Virus record (IMG/VR): IMGVR_UViG_3300021387_000452
From: a virus
Taxonomy: Duplodnaviria > Caudoviricetes
Strand: one strand, 5' to 3'
DNA: 64,000 nucleotides
In this document: positions 50,552 through 61,974 of the stretch, one piece after another
Numbering within the stretch: position 1 is the first letter of the stretch
Layout of the letters: each line of letters starts with the position of its first letter
Program-made: the position numbers and the translations under genes
The notes under the pieces: generated by a model
The model's database searches: none
The model's input: the letters and a program-made list of their open reading frames with translations, nothing else
Told to the model about the DNA's origin: nothing

Positions 50552-50965
50552 GTGACACTTATGGTTATCAACACTATTGTGATCAAAAATAAAGTCACCA
50601 AGCTCGAAATAGTTGCTCACTATTCTGGTGACTTTGATTATGGATTATCTTCAGGTGAATCATGCTACTCAATAACGATTGAGTTTAGTGGCTGTGAATA
50701 TGTTATAGGCATAAGTAAAGCATATTCAGAGATAAGCAGAATAGCTGACTGTCTTTCTGAATTTATGAGATACCCACTAGCGATAAATAGAGTAACTCGC
50801 TTAAGAAATAGTCAGTACGATATTGCTAGAGACTCAGTATGTGTAAACGGATTCAACAAATCTCTTGAAATTGAAGACTTAAGAAGCATTTCTCTCAATA
50901 ATGTAGAGGATTATGAGATAGACTTTGATGTTACTGATCGTGTATGGGATAACGATAAAAAGTAA
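50552..50965 (+). CDS. Hypothetical protein, isolated plus-strand gene
   Basis: SD GAGGTG before ATG 50561; hairpin AGGCGCAC/GTGCGCCT downstream. Confidence 0.55.
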   Translation: MTLMVINTIVIKNKVTKLEIVAHYSGDFDYGLSSGESCYSITIEFSGCEYVIGISKAYSEISRIADCLSEFMRYPLAINRVTRLRNSQYDIARDSVCVNGFNKSLEIEDLRSISLNNVEDYEIDFDVTDRVWDNDKK

Positions 50966-52225
50966 ATATTACTATAAAACTAAGGCGCACCGATTATGAG
51001 TGCGCCTGACGTGTCTTTATAAATAGATAGCCTATTGAACATTTCTTGTGAGATAGTCGATAACTTTATTCTGATCAAACTCACAATCAGTGCCGTCATC
51101 ATTAAGAGAAAGAATTCCATCATAGCTTATCTGTGATTTGAAATTACCACTTCTATGACACTCAAGAGAGCCTCTGTAATCATTCTCATTCATATTCAAG
51201 TAAATAATCAATGGAGATAAACTTGTGCAATAGTCAAGGCTCCAAATGTAAACACCGCCACGATCTAGATCTGGATTTTGCTCTATAACGCGTCTAATTG
51301 CTCTTAAAATATCTCCACCAAAATACGAAGTGTCATGTTCATACTTTCTCATACTTCAGCTCCTTCTAATCAAGATCTAGACCAGTAAACCGATTGTTTG
51401 CTTCAATATCAGTTGAGAATTTCTTATAAAGCTTTGCCATAATTCTATCACGCATTTCACTTATAGCCATTGCGCTATTTGGCATTTCACAATAGCTGTA
51501 GTTCGGTGTAAATTCATTTGGCCATTCTTTCTTATCAGGTACATCTTCTTCATAAGTGTCAAGTACTGCAGAAAAGATATCACTAGCACTAAACCAATCA
51601 ACATTCTCATCATAGAGATCATGTTTGAATTCCATGTTAGATCCACGAAGTAAGTTTGTCTCTCCATAAGCCTCGTACCATTCACACATGTTGTTATATG
51701 CATCATTGAATGTTTTAAGTACTTTAATGAGATCGTCCAATGCATCATTAAGATACTGTCTTTTCTGTTCGTTTGTCATATTCAAATCTCCCATGTAAGT
51801 ATTAAGTAGGCCAGCTACTTAGTTAGCTATTCGAAGCAATAACAGTTCTCTTCGACTTTTCAATGTAAACTTTACAATGCTCTTTTTCTATGCATTCTAA
51901 AGCGCGTCTTTTTGCTTCACCAAGAGTTTTACACGGCCAATCATAAGCGGGCCAATCTTCTATATCAGCAAGCTGTCTATAAGTTACTCCATCTTCAATT
52001 AGATCATCATCTTCAGATTTATTAAGATCTGTAAGCTTCCATTCATAGCATTCTTTTATATCCCAACTCATGCCATCATAGTCAGTATCTGACGACTGCT
52101 CTTTTGCTTCTTCTAATGTTTGAAAGATTTTAATATCATACATATTCATAAAGTCTTTTTCTTTAGAAGAATCTCTGTAAACGACTAAAGCATAGAATGG
52201 ATTATTCATAGTAAAGTCTCCAAGA

Positions 52226-52432
52226 TTAAATCCAACGAATATCGACGTCACCATTGCCAAGAACATCTACCGTAAGACAGTATGGCTCTAAATCAGTAAC
52301 CTCATCTTCATAATAAGCTTCTTCGTAACCATCATCTGGGTCTACATAAACACTAGCTACATCTTTAGTAAGAGTGACTTTTGCATCTGGATTTTGCTTT
52401 GAAAGGAAGTTCATAAGCTCTTTTACTGTCAT
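52226..52432 (-). CDS. MTVKEL-family small acidic protein
   Basis: MTVKELMNFLSKQNPDAKV. Confidence 0.7.
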   Translation of the reverse strand: MTVKELMNFLSKQNPDAKVTLTKDVASVYVDPDDGYEEAYYEDEVTDLEPYCLTVDVLGNGDVDIRWI

Positions 52433-52452
52433 TGTTCTTTCTCCTTTAAGTT

Positions 52453-52522
52453 ATTGAATGGAACCATTCCATCCAATCTTGAGAATCTTATAAAACTTAT
52501 TGAGAACTCTGTAAACAAAAAT
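52453..52522 (-). promoter_or_regulatory. Cassette copy 14
   Basis: Promoter and leader abut the upstream stop codon. Confidence 0.8.
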
Positions 52523-52918
52523 TACGCATGATCTTTAAGTTTTTCTATCTCATGTAGAACAGTGTAGTCTGAGTCGAGCTCACTTTCATATACTACAATA
52601 GCGTCATCACCAAATTTCTCTTTGTAGATGATAGTATCTTTATAACATATACTTTCTTGCTCTTTATTCTCACTAGGCAAACAAAACCCAATGATTAGTA
52701 GCATTATCTGAATTCCATAGAATACAGAAAGAAAGATGATCATTTCATCCATGATTACTAGCCCACCAAACAAAAGCAAGAAAAGCAATTGTTATTACTG
52801 GTATGAATGCATCACCTAATAATGGGATTATGCATAAGATAATAATTGTAGTAATAATTGATAGAATAGCAATAGACACTAACCACAAAACTTCTCTCTT
52901 GTCCATGATTTACTCTCC

Positions 52919-53401
52919 TTAAGAATTAGTCTTCTTGCTCAATTGCTTAGCAAGATTTCTTTCTCTAATCTCAGCTTGTTTTCTTATTGTAGCAAATGCT
53001 TTTATTTCATCATTTATACTACAGTCTTCTTCAATAGCATGTAGCTCATGATGAGCTTTTTCACATAGCCAGCAAAGGTTCTCAGGTCTAGTGTCAAATG
53101 GATTATGATTCTTGTGGTGAACGTGCAATTCACCAGAACAAATGTGATCTTTATCAGTACACATACATTTCTTATGTAAACACATCTTTGCAACTTCACG
53201 TGATAGCTTGTACGCGCTTGTTATAAGCGCTTCAATCTCTTTATCATCACCACGCTTAATAGCATTTATGTGTTTCATCTTACGAGATCGATAAGCTTTC
53301 TTTGCTCCTCGCTTTGCACATTTATCTGAACAGTAGATTGTGTTCTTTGAGTCAGATTCAAATGATTTGCCACAGATCTTACATGTCTTTGAATAGGTCA
53401 T
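52919..53401 (-). CDS. Zn-finger HNH endonuclease
   Basis: CKICGK...YCSDKC; LHVHHKNHNPFDTRPENLCWLCEKAHH. Confidence 0.8.
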   Translation of the reverse strand: MTYSKTCKICGKSFESDSKNTIYCSDKCAKRGAKKAYRSRKMKHINAIKRGDDKEIEALITSAYKLSREVAKMCLHKKCMCTDKDHICSGELHVHHKNHNPFDTRPENLCWLCEKAHHELHAIEEDCSINDEIKAFATIRKQAEIRERNLAKQLSKKTNS

Positions 53402-53445
53402 AATTTCATCTCCATTAGTCAGAAAGCTACGATTTTCAGACGGCT

Positions 53446-53640
53446 TTAATAACTACCAATGCTTCTAAAATTAAAGATAAGTGCCTCTCTATTCTCTTTG
53501 TTAAAGTAGGCAAACTTGAATAGTACGCTAGGTTCTAATAACCATGTTCCGCCATCAGCACTATACTCTTCAAATTTAAAGTCTATTTCCAAATTAGAAT
53601 CAAATTTTGATAATTTATCAATCAGCTCTTTTACTGTCAT
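53446..53640 (-). CDS. MTVKEL-family protein
   Basis: MTVKELIDKLSKFDSNLEI. Confidence 0.7.
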   Translation of the reverse strand: MTVKELIDKLSKFDSNLEIDFKFEEYSADGGTWLLEPSVLFKFAYFNKENREALIFNFRSIGSY

Positions 53641-53890
53641 GATGTTTTCTCCTTATTAGTCCATGTAAAAGAAAACCTCTTCCCTAGAACCATCTTTGGC
53701 TACTTCAATGATTTTACTATCATGTAAATTTGGTATTACAAATGTTTCAGAATAGCAATCTTCGAGATCATTAAAGTCTTCCCACAAAACCCAATCATTT
53801 GAATCATTAAACCTAACATAAAGTTTAAATTTACCCTTAACTTTCTGATTACCAGTTATGTGATATTCTTTCATACCAAATTCTCCTCCC

Positions 53891-54133
53891 TTAGTAATTG
53901 TAAAGCACCGGATAATTACGTCGCCAATCACTATAATCTGGCATACGATTAGCAGACTTAAATATTACAACGTTATGTTCAGAATCAAGCTCAAAGCTGT
54001 CTTCATAAAAGTCGTCAAAGTCTATATCTTCTGAATAAGCATCACGATCAGAGGCGGTGGCTGGAATCGCATTTATAACTTCTAAATTGCCATCGAACTT
54101 CTTAAGAACTTCAATCAATTCATTTACTGTCAT
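53891..54133 (-). CDS. MTVKEL-family protein
   Basis: MTVNELIEVLKKFDGNLEV. Confidence 0.7.
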   Translation of the reverse strand: MTVNELIEVLKKFDGNLEVINAIPATASDRDAYSEDIDFDDFYEDSFELDSEHNVVIFKSANRMPDYSDWRRNYPVLYNY

Positions 54134-54151
54134 GGCTTGTTCTCCTTATCG

Positions 54152-54349
54152 CTAATAACCCATCTGTGGCTTTCTCATGTCAATGATAACGTCATTTTGT
54201 TTATCTGTATAAATGTCAACGTCATCAAAACAAATGTAATCCTCATCTCCATCTACAGTTCCGTATGCATTAACATCACAGTAGCGAATATGAACCTGTG
54301 AATCAGGGTCTTGTTTTGAAAGGATTTCGATAAGTTCTTTAGTTGTCAT
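54152..54349 (-). CDS. MTVKEL-family protein
   Basis: MTTKELIEILSKQDPDSQV. Confidence 0.7.
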   Translation of the reverse strand: MTTKELIEILSKQDPDSQVHIRYCDVNAYGTVDGDEDYICFDDVDIYTDKQNDVIIDMRKPQMGY

Positions 54350-54363
54350 GATGCTTTCTCCTG

Positions 54364-54534
54364 CTAATCAACTAAAATGTCCAACAGCTCAAAGTCTTTG
54401 CCATCTTTTGTCTTCCAAGTTTCAGTCTTAAATGCTGCGTCATCTAAATCAAACGCTTCACCTTCAGCAGAAATGACAACTTCTAAGTTCTCGTCAAATG
54501 ATTTTAGCTTTTCAATCAATTCTTTTACTGTCAT
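54364..54534 (-). CDS. MTVKEL-family protein
   Basis: MTVKELIEKLKSFDENLEV. Confidence 0.7.
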   Translation of the reverse strand: MTVKELIEKLKSFDENLEVVISAEGEAFDLDDAAFKTETWKTKDGKDFELLDILVD

Positions 54535-54556
54535 GATGCTTTCTCCTCTATCGCTG

Positions 54557-54646
54557 CTGAATGGAACCATTCCATCCAGATTATGAAGTTCTTATAAGCT
54601 AGACTGAGAACTGTGTAAAATAAAATCACCGAATAAATCGGTGATT
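54557..54646 (-). promoter_or_regulatory. Cassette copy 15
   Basis: All three parts present. Confidence 0.85.
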
Positions 54647-55330
54647 ATGCTAGATTCGTAACCTAACTCCATTGTTTATTTATGTACATGTCTGGCGACA
54701 ACTGCATTTCTGTTTTATTCTTAGGATTAGACAAAGAATAACTTACTATGATCATTCCCTCTTTGCCATTACTGTACTGCATAAACGAAATGTCAATCTG
54801 ATTTCCATACCCAAATGAATTTTCAATAATGTAACGACATACACGTAAAGCAAATTCTTTTGGAACCGTAAATGAAAATAGCTTTGTTGTTGGAACTTGG
54901 TCTGTATGAGTCCAGTTACGGAATATAAGATTATTGTTAAATGAAATACGAGCATCTCCATTTGGTAACTGCTCAATCTTATCAAGCATGACGTTCATTG
55001 CTTACCTCATGTTTCAATGTAACAGCAAGATCATCCAGCATGTTAAAAGATTCTCTGACTTTAACAACTGCATCCATGTAACCGTTTGCAATTTTCATAA
55101 AGCTATTGAGATCTTCTATATCGCCAGATTCTCTGTAATTGTTTAATCTGTATTCCATCATTGGAATGCCATTCACAAAGTAGCTTAAACCTGATCTGCC
55201 TTTACAAAGTGCATCACCAATCTTATCGGCAATACTTTCAGAGTTTATATCCCATGAAGTTTTGTTCACATCATCTTTTAATTCATTTACCTTATCAGCA
55301 ATGAATTGAAGTTCAAACAGTAAATAATCT

Positions 55331-56221
55331 TTATTCATAGCAGCTCTCCATAGAGTCTAAAGATGCAAGCGCTTTGTCAATACTATCTGAAATATACCTT
55401 GCTGTCTTATAAGCATATTCACTTTGTAAGCTGGACCATGCATCTCGTTTATCTTCCAATTCTTGATCTAAAATATCTTTTTGCTTTTCAACATATTCAT
55501 TAAAATCATCATATACATTTTTTCTAAGCGTAATCTTTGACTTTAAGTCGATAGCTTCTTTTGAATTTATGAATTCATTATTTGAATCTTCTGACACTCT
55601 TTTAATGACATATTGCTTTAAGTTTATTTCTTGCACAAACCAATTATGATTTTTGCACATGTAACATCTGCCGCCATGAACATTATGATATGCACAGAAT
55701 TCGCATTTGTTATTTCTATCTTTATATTCTTTAATGTATTTGCTAATATCATACATTGGCTTATTGTCTTCTACAATCATATTTTCAAATTTGAATATCA
55801 GTTCTATAGTATCTCCAGAAAAGCATTCAACATTTGGATTAAACAATGGATAGAATTCTTCAAGGTTCCATTTCTTAAACAAGCTGTGGTCATTCTCATT
55901 ATAAGCATATAACTTTGCTTCTACAAGTAGATCACTTCTACTGCTATGTAGTGCATTACATGGGCTCCATACACTATTTACCCATCTGTTTATAAGTGGC
56001 AAAACATCTTTTATATTTTTATAACGTTCTAAGCAATGAATTTCTCCAGATGTTTTAAAGTGTAGAGACTTATATCCTATAGGACATGCTGGAATTTTAA
56101 CAGCAGGAACTTCCACACGATTAACTGATAATTTAATATGCTCTTGATTATCAGAGATCTCTTTTGGCAAATTAAATTCAATTACAAAATCAAACATGCC
56201 CAATGAATCTGTTGCAAACAT
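55331..56221 (-). CDS. Protein with tail-tube (gp19)-like N-terminus, CxxC pairs and coiled coil
   Basis: VNRVEVPAVKI...INRW...KKWNLEEFYP...IELIFKFE; CEFC/CYMC. Confidence 0.35.
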   Translation of the reverse strand: MFATDSLGMFDFVIEFNLPKEISDNQEHIKLSVNRVEVPAVKIPACPIGYKSLHFKTSGEIHCLERYKNIKDVLPLINRWVNSVWSPCNALHSSRSDLLVEAKLYAYNENDHSLFKKWNLEEFYPLFNPNVECFSGDTIELIFKFENMIVEDNKPMYDISKYIKEYKDRNNKCEFCAYHNVHGGRCYMCKNHNWFVQEINLKQYVIKRVSEDSNNEFINSKEAIDLKSKITLRKNVYDDFNEYVEKQKDILDQELEDKRDAWSSLQSEYAYKTARYISDSIDKALASLDSMESCYE

Positions 56222-56892
56222 ATATTACCCTCTCCTGTTGATGATACCATTATAATATCTGATTAACCACAAAGCATATTCTAATGAGTATGCTTTCGAG
56301 CCTTTTTGTTTTGGTTTTGATGTGAAATAACAATAGTCACCTATATTGTAGGTATACACTTTTATGCCCTTACTTAATCTAAATTTAGAATGGCTATACT
56401 TCTTTCGTTTTATTTTTGATTTGTGTTTTGGTACAGTTGGATGATGAAGCATAGCTATCCTTTCCTGTCAAGATCGTCATTGAATAGCATCATTCTAACA
56501 TAATGATGCTTTTTATTTTGTTTAAGTGTATAGTCGTACGCAGTGTATTTTGCTCTTCTGAATCCTTTTACATTTAAAATCTCTGAAGTAGACTCAAACA
56601 TTCCAGCATTGCCATAATTAGTTTCCTGAAAGTTGTTAAACACAAGTTCACTGTCAAAAGAATCAATGGGCAATCTCAATAACATATTGGCAAAGTCTTT
56701 TGTTGATAATTCATTCTTATATGCCTCTAGATCACCATCTCGAAACAAAGTTATGAAAGTCTTATGTAAATCCTTATTGTAATCTACATCTAAAACGGGG
56801 TGAAGTAAATTATCAGAATCACCCCATAAGACATGCCAATCAAATGGCATGTGATGTAGTATTGTTAGTGCTTTGTAGACTTTCATAATGAA

Positions 56893-58095
56893 TTACTCAC
56901 TAGCCTTAAAATTATACATAGGTTTTATGACTTCAACAATATCAATAGTGTCTTTCACTAATTCTATAATCTCTTCAGCCGGTTTGTACGCCATCGGAGA
57001 TTCATCCAGAGTGGATTCATTTACAGAAGTAGTAAATATACCTTCCATTGAGTGTTTAAAATCATCCATTGCAATCGAGTTCTTTGCCTGTTTACGAGAC
57101 ATTAACCGACCAGCACCGTGTGGCCCTGAACAGTTCCAGTCTTCGTTTCCTTTACCGATTCCTATAATAGAACCATCTCGCATGTTTAATGGAATGATTA
57201 CTTTCTCACCTTTATTACAACGAATAGCTCCTTTACGAATTATGTTATCTTCAAAGTCAATATAATTGTGAACAGTGTGGAACACTTCAACAGGTGTAAC
57301 TTTTAAGAATTCCAAGATTCGCTGCGCAATCTCTTCACGATTCTTGACAGCGTATTCCTGACATATCTTCATATCATGTAAATAATTATCTCTGTGAGCT
57401 CCTTCCAAGTAGCATAAATCATCTGGGATCTTTTGTGCTGAAGCAAACTTTTCTCGTAATTCACGAATAGCATCTTTGATCTCTTTGTGACGTAAAGCTT
57501 CTTTATACTCAGCAATCAACTGTTCAGTTTTAGCTTTTATCTCTTCAGACTTAACATTGCAATCTTCAATTGCCATCGCCTGATAATATCTGCAAACCTG
57601 CTGGCCTAAGTTACGAGATCCGGTGTGTATAACTAAATAAACATCACCTGATTCTGATTTGTTCAATTCTATGAAGTGATTGCCTCCGCCCAATGAACCA
57701 ATTGATGCATGCAAGTGTTCAACATTTCGCAACTCACGTCGCATAAATAATTTGTCTAAATCATCAAAGCCAATAGTATGAGTCACATCATTTGCTGACA
57801 TTCCTGACGGAATATTTTCATGGATGAATTTGTCTAATTCTGCCAATCGCTCATCAGATAAATTCAATTTGCCCATATTGACTACATACATTCCGCAGCC
57901 CACGTCGACGCCTACTAAGTTTGGAACTACTTTATCTCCAAGGTCAGCAGTAAATCCAATAACACAGCCTTTACCTGCATGAGTGTCCGGCATAATACGA
58001 ACTTTTGCGTCTCTAAAAACGTTAACTGACATCAGCTGTTTTAACTGATCATATACTTCTTGTTCTACAGTCTTTGCAAATATTTTTACACTCAT
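56893..58095 (-). CDS. rtcB: RtcB RNA ligase
   Basis: MPDTHAGKG, VGVDVGCG, GSLGGGNHFIE, HTGSR, HNY, SGPHGAGR, DESPMAYK. Confidence 0.95.
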   Translation of the reverse strand: MSVKIFAKTVEQEVYDQLKQLMSVNVFRDAKVRIMPDTHAGKGCVIGFTADLGDKVVPNLVGVDVGCGMYVVNMGKLNLSDERLAELDKFIHENIPSGMSANDVTHTIGFDDLDKLFMRRELRNVEHLHASIGSLGGGNHFIELNKSESGDVYLVIHTGSRNLGQQVCRYYQAMAIEDCNVKSEEIKAKTEQLIAEYKEALRHKEIKDAIRELREKFASAQKIPDDLCYLEGAHRDNYLHDMKICQEYAVKNREEIAQRILEFLKVTPVEVFHTVHNYIDFEDNIIRKGAIRCNKGEKVIIPLNMRDGSIIGIGKGNEDWNCSGPHGAGRLMSRKQAKNSIAMDDFKHSMEGIFTTSVNESTLDESPMAYKPAEEIIELVKDTIDIVEVIKPMYNFKASE

Positions 58096-58124
58096 AGGAC
58101 CCTCCCAAAGCATAAGCTATTTTG

Positions 58125-58292
58125 TTATAGTGAAAAAACTACTGAGTCGTCTTCAACAAAAACGTCGTCTTTTTCAACAACGCCATCATCTTTTATCGCC
58201 TCGCCGTATTCAGAAAATGATAAGACTGAATAACGAACTTCAGCATCTTGATCAGCGTGTGAAAGTAATTCCATCAAATCAGCAACTCGCAT
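58125..58292 (-). CDS. MTVKEL-family protein
   Basis: MRVADLMELLSHADQDAEV. Confidence 0.6.
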   Translation of the reverse strand: MRVADLMELLSHADQDAEVRYSVLSFSEYGEAIKDDGVVEKDDVFVEDDSVVFSL

Positions 58293-58311
58293 TTTGTATC
58301 TCCAGTGAATT

Positions 58312-58387
58312 ATTGAATGGAACCATTCCATCCAATTTATGAGAATCTTATAAACAACTATAAATTTGTTGTAAACAAAAATCACCG
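58312..58387 (-). promoter_or_regulatory. Cassette copy 16
   Basis: Half terminator next to the upstream stop; spacer ACAAC...GTTGT. Confidence 0.8.
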
Positions 58388-58390
58388 AAT

Positions 58391-59695
58391 TTATTTCCAA
58401 CTTTCCATTAAACTAGAAATGGCATCGTCAACTTTAGACGCGTGAGAATTATTTTGGTTATTGTAGTATTCATCAATCTCAGCAATTCTTTCGTCTCTTT
58501 CCTTAGACTCAAGAACTTCATATTTGCATCTTGTAAGAACGGTTTGCTTCTGACTGTGATATTCATCATGAGCTTTAATTTTACCAGACAGCTGTATGGT
58601 GGCGCCTTTGTCTAATGGGTACCACTGAGTATAGTTTGCACGATCATCTTTTACTGTAAATTCTAAGCCAGTTCCAGTAGACCACTTAAAAATATTTCCG
58701 TTGTCATCCATGAACAGATGGATATGAGAACTACCAAATTGAGTATCATATGTATGAGTATTCATATAGGTAACTTTAACAGAGATTTTATCACCTACAT
58801 TACCAACATACTCGCTGGATTTTTTATCTGAATTCTTAAGATCAATGAGCCTTTTATATTCACTCTTACGATATGATGGAATTAACGAAGCGAGAAATCC
58901 AAAGTGTCTTGCTGTACAATATCCAGCATCTATGATCTGTCTAAGATTAAATAGGTAACTAGATCTATTCAACTCTTCTTCTGATAAGCAGTGAATCCAT
59001 TCAATAGCATCAACTGCTTCACTCTCAACTCTATTTCTATCATATGCGTCCATGATGAATTTCCATGTAGCATTCATACTACTGGAAGGCTCAAATCCAT
59101 ATTGATCAATAAGTCTCTTTGCAGCTGAAACGATGTCCACTATATCATATGTTCTAATACCGTTAGACTCAAAGAATTCACCAGCGTATTTTTCTCCATC
59201 TATAATGGATTTTAGATCAGAGCTTTTCTCTTCTAACACTCTCATGTATTCACTTACTTCAGCAATAAGATTACCATCCAAACCAGATGTGAATTCTTTT
59301 ACGCATGAGGTGCCAACAACTTTTCTTTCACCAGACTCATTTTCTAATACGGTGATTGAATTGCGATAGACATTCTTATGACAATGATCACAATGAAAAT
59401 CAGTGTCTTTATATTGAGCAATCAAGCTAGCATCGTCGAAGTAGCACTGAACAATTCCATCTTTTCTTTGAACTAAGCCAAGTGAACGCCAACCATTGAG
59501 TTTAAATGTAACGTCAAGATTAAGATCAACGAGACTGACTTCAAAATTATTACCATCAACACTAACAAGCTTGGTATATGGGTCGCTTACATTAAACGTG
59601 TATGGCACTTGATTCTTTTCACATTTCTTAGTGATGCGACTAATTTTTCTGCAGATATCTTTAGCCATATTATTAAGAATCGTGTAAGTTGCCAT
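58391..59695 (-). CDS. Large early protein with CxxC and C-terminal OB-fold-like domain
   Basis: CDHCHK...VGTSC; YVGNVGDK...IKAHDEY...QTVLTRC. Confidence 0.55.
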   Translation of the reverse strand: MATYTILNNMAKDICRKISRITKKCEKNQVPYTFNVSDPYTKLVSVDGNNFEVSLVDLNLDVTFKLNGWRSLGLVQRKDGIVQCYFDDASLIAQYKDTDFHCDHCHKNVYRNSITVLENESGERKVVGTSCVKEFTSGLDGNLIAEVSEYMRVLEEKSSDLKSIIDGEKYAGEFFESNGIRTYDIVDIVSAAKRLIDQYGFEPSSSMNATWKFIMDAYDRNRVESEAVDAIEWIHCLSEEELNRSSYLFNLRQIIDAGYCTARHFGFLASLIPSYRKSEYKRLIDLKNSDKKSSEYVGNVGDKISVKVTYMNTHTYDTQFGSSHIHLFMDDNGNIFKWSTGTGLEFTVKDDRANYTQWYPLDKGATIQLSGKIKAHDEYHSQKQTVLTRCKYEVLESKERDERIAEIDEYYNNQNNSHASKVDDAISSLMESWK

Positions 59696-59714
59696 GTTCT
59701 GTTCTCCTTGAGTT

Positions 59715-59806
59715 ATCAAATGGAACCATTCCATTTGATTTATGAATCTCTTATAAACTAGACTGAGAACTGTGTAAAATAAAATCACCATATAAATGGT
59801 GATTTT
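59715..59806 (-). promoter_or_regulatory. Cassette copy 17
   Basis: Leader ATCAAATGGAA-TGG-TTCCATTTGAT. Confidence 0.85.
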
Positions 59807-59984
59807 AAGTAGTGCTACTTTATGTGAATGTAGATCCATTCAACAGAAGACTCAAACGCTTCTTTCATACTATCTATGAATGATAGAGCTTGATTTAACG
59901 TTTGAAATGTAGTAAATACAGGACTTTCTAGACTATCACTAGAATCGTGTCTAAGCACATACTCAACAACGTACATATTCTTAC

Positions 59985-60239
59985 CTAGATACATGGGTCT
60001 AGTTGAAAGTCTTGAATAGAAAGCTCTAAGCAATTTACTCTAGAATCAGCGCGGTCTACTGGAATAACTCCATCGAGATCTTTGTCATAAAATCCATAGC
60101 ATGCAATAGCAGTTTTTCCGATCATTAAATCTCTGTTTACTTCATCTTCATCAAGACTATCATATGATGAATCACAAAAGATTATGTCAAGCTCTTGATC
60201 ATACTGTGAAAGCATGCTTATTAAGTCTTTTACTTTCAT
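59985..60239 (-). CDS. MTVKEL-family protein
   Basis: MKVKDLISMLSQYDQELDI. Confidence 0.6.
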   Translation of the reverse strand: MKVKDLISMLSQYDQELDIIFCDSSYDSLDEDEVNRDLMIGKTAIACYGFYDKDLDGVIPVDRADSRVNCLELSIQDFQLDPCI

Positions 60240-60250
60240 GCTATTTTCCT

Positions 60251-61420
60251 TTATCGGTGATATTTAAGAAGAAAATTTGGAGATACGCATTTGAAGTTCT
60301 GCTGACCATCTTGTGAATAGAAAACAAACCCTTCAATATCGCCATCATCGATTGCAGATTTACATGAATCTACGTAATCAACAATTTCTTCTACTGATTT
60401 TGGAATTTTATAATCATAGTCATAGACATGAACGTGTGGTAGATCTCGATCATCACAAACCTTAATCATTTCTTTAATCGGTAATCGTTTACCATCAAAC
60501 CAAATATGAAATACCACAAAGTCGTGTTTATTGTTATTCAATGAGTAATTACGTTTTTGTACTTTGTCACCGTAAGTCTCACCTTGAATTGCAACAGTCT
60601 TTAAACCATGTACAATTTTTAGAGACTTAAGCAGTTCTTTCATATTGTATTTAGCACCTGATTCAGCCCAGATATTATTTTTGAAATAGTTTCCGCCATC
60701 TGAGTCTTTCTCAGGATTCTTAATTACATTATGTGAACCAACTAAATAATTATCCTTCTCATCAAGAATAAATGATGTAGATGCACCGTCAACTTTCTCT
60801 GTAATAATATATGTATCGTCTGAACCTAGCAATTGTGGAAGATTCTGAATGCGCTCAGAGCCAGTTTTCGGCAACCACTCCGGCCACTTACATTTTGCCT
60901 TGTCCTTTTTATGAACAAAGATCTTTGAGAGTAGCCAACGAGCAAATCTGAACTTCATTGCAAATCTAATAATAGAGCTATTAAAGAATTTTTTATGACG
61001 ATCCATTGCACGTTGAAAATCATTTACTTTTTGTTTTGGCTGATTCTCACATACTGGCTCAGGATCATACTTCTCTACGTGAAGTTTATCAGTAACAAAG
61101 TCACCTTCTTTGCAGCCTTTCAGTTCTGGGAAATCAGACAATGGTAAGATTAGTCCCTGACTAACAGTCTTACACATCTTCTGCGTTAAAACGCGATACT
61201 TACGTTTTTCCATAAATGAAAAACGCTCGTCATTAGAAGGCAGAAGAGAGTCAATTTCAAAATAAACTACAAGGTCACCAACTTTAATTTCTTTTGGTGC
61301 AACACACCACCACCCAAGAACTTTACAGCTGTGTACACGATCATATCCATCAAGGTCTTTTGCCTCAGCTACTTTAACAATGTAAGCAAGTTCGCGTTCA
61401 TTAGTTTTAGGGTTTAACAT
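60251..61420 (-). CDS. ATP-dependent RNA ligase (DRB0094/Rnl2-like)
   Basis: VVYFEIDSLLP, SQGL, ERIQN, TEKVDGAS, QGETYG, EGFV, FKCVS. Confidence 0.88.
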   Translation of the reverse strand: MLNPKTNERELAYIVKVAEAKDLDGYDRVHSCKVLGWWCVAPKEIKVGDLVVYFEIDSLLPSNDERFSFMEKRKYRVLTQKMCKTVSQGLILPLSDFPELKGCKEGDFVTDKLHVEKYDPEPVCENQPKQKVNDFQRAMDRHKKFFNSSIIRFAMKFRFARWLLSKIFVHKKDKAKCKWPEWLPKTGSERIQNLPQLLGSDDTYIITEKVDGASTSFILDEKDNYLVGSHNVIKNPEKDSDGGNYFKNNIWAESGAKYNMKELLKSLKIVHGLKTVAIQGETYGDKVQKRNYSLNNNKHDFVVFHIWFDGKRLPIKEMIKVCDDRDLPHVHVYDYDYKIPKSVEEIVDYVDSCKSAIDDGDIEGFVFYSQDGQQNFKCVSPNFLLKYHR

Positions 61421-61974
61421 GTTTAATTCTCCTTTACTGAAGTCCGTCTTCAAAGTTACAGATACTAACGTTTATTTCTGTTGCCAAATCTTCTACCGCT
61501 TTTCTAGCAATTCGTAATTTATCGTAAAGACCATCACTAATATAATGTGAACTAATAGCACAATTCAATCTTAATAATGAAGACAATAAATCAGAACATA
61601 ATCTCTTTGAATCCATTAAACAAGCTATCTCGTAAGCATCTTTAATTTGCTTGTTCTGCATATTACTAATCTCCTATTGCGCCATAAGAAGCTGATCAAC
61701 GTCAGCTACGTAAGCCCATTTGAGATCTGCAATTTCTATGATGCAGTACCCGTTATCAACATCACCAACAAATGGTAGCCATTCATCACATCGAGTATAG
61801 ATCATCTCGTCACCACAAGCAAACCCGCCTTCTTCCAAGTCTGGCATACCAAGAATGAATTTGTCATAGCCATATTCACCGCCATAGGTAACATGTATTA
61901 AGCAAAGATCTTCTTTTTCAGGGAGATGATTTTTACGATCGTTCCATTTCATTTTTAAGTCTCCTTTTAAGTTT

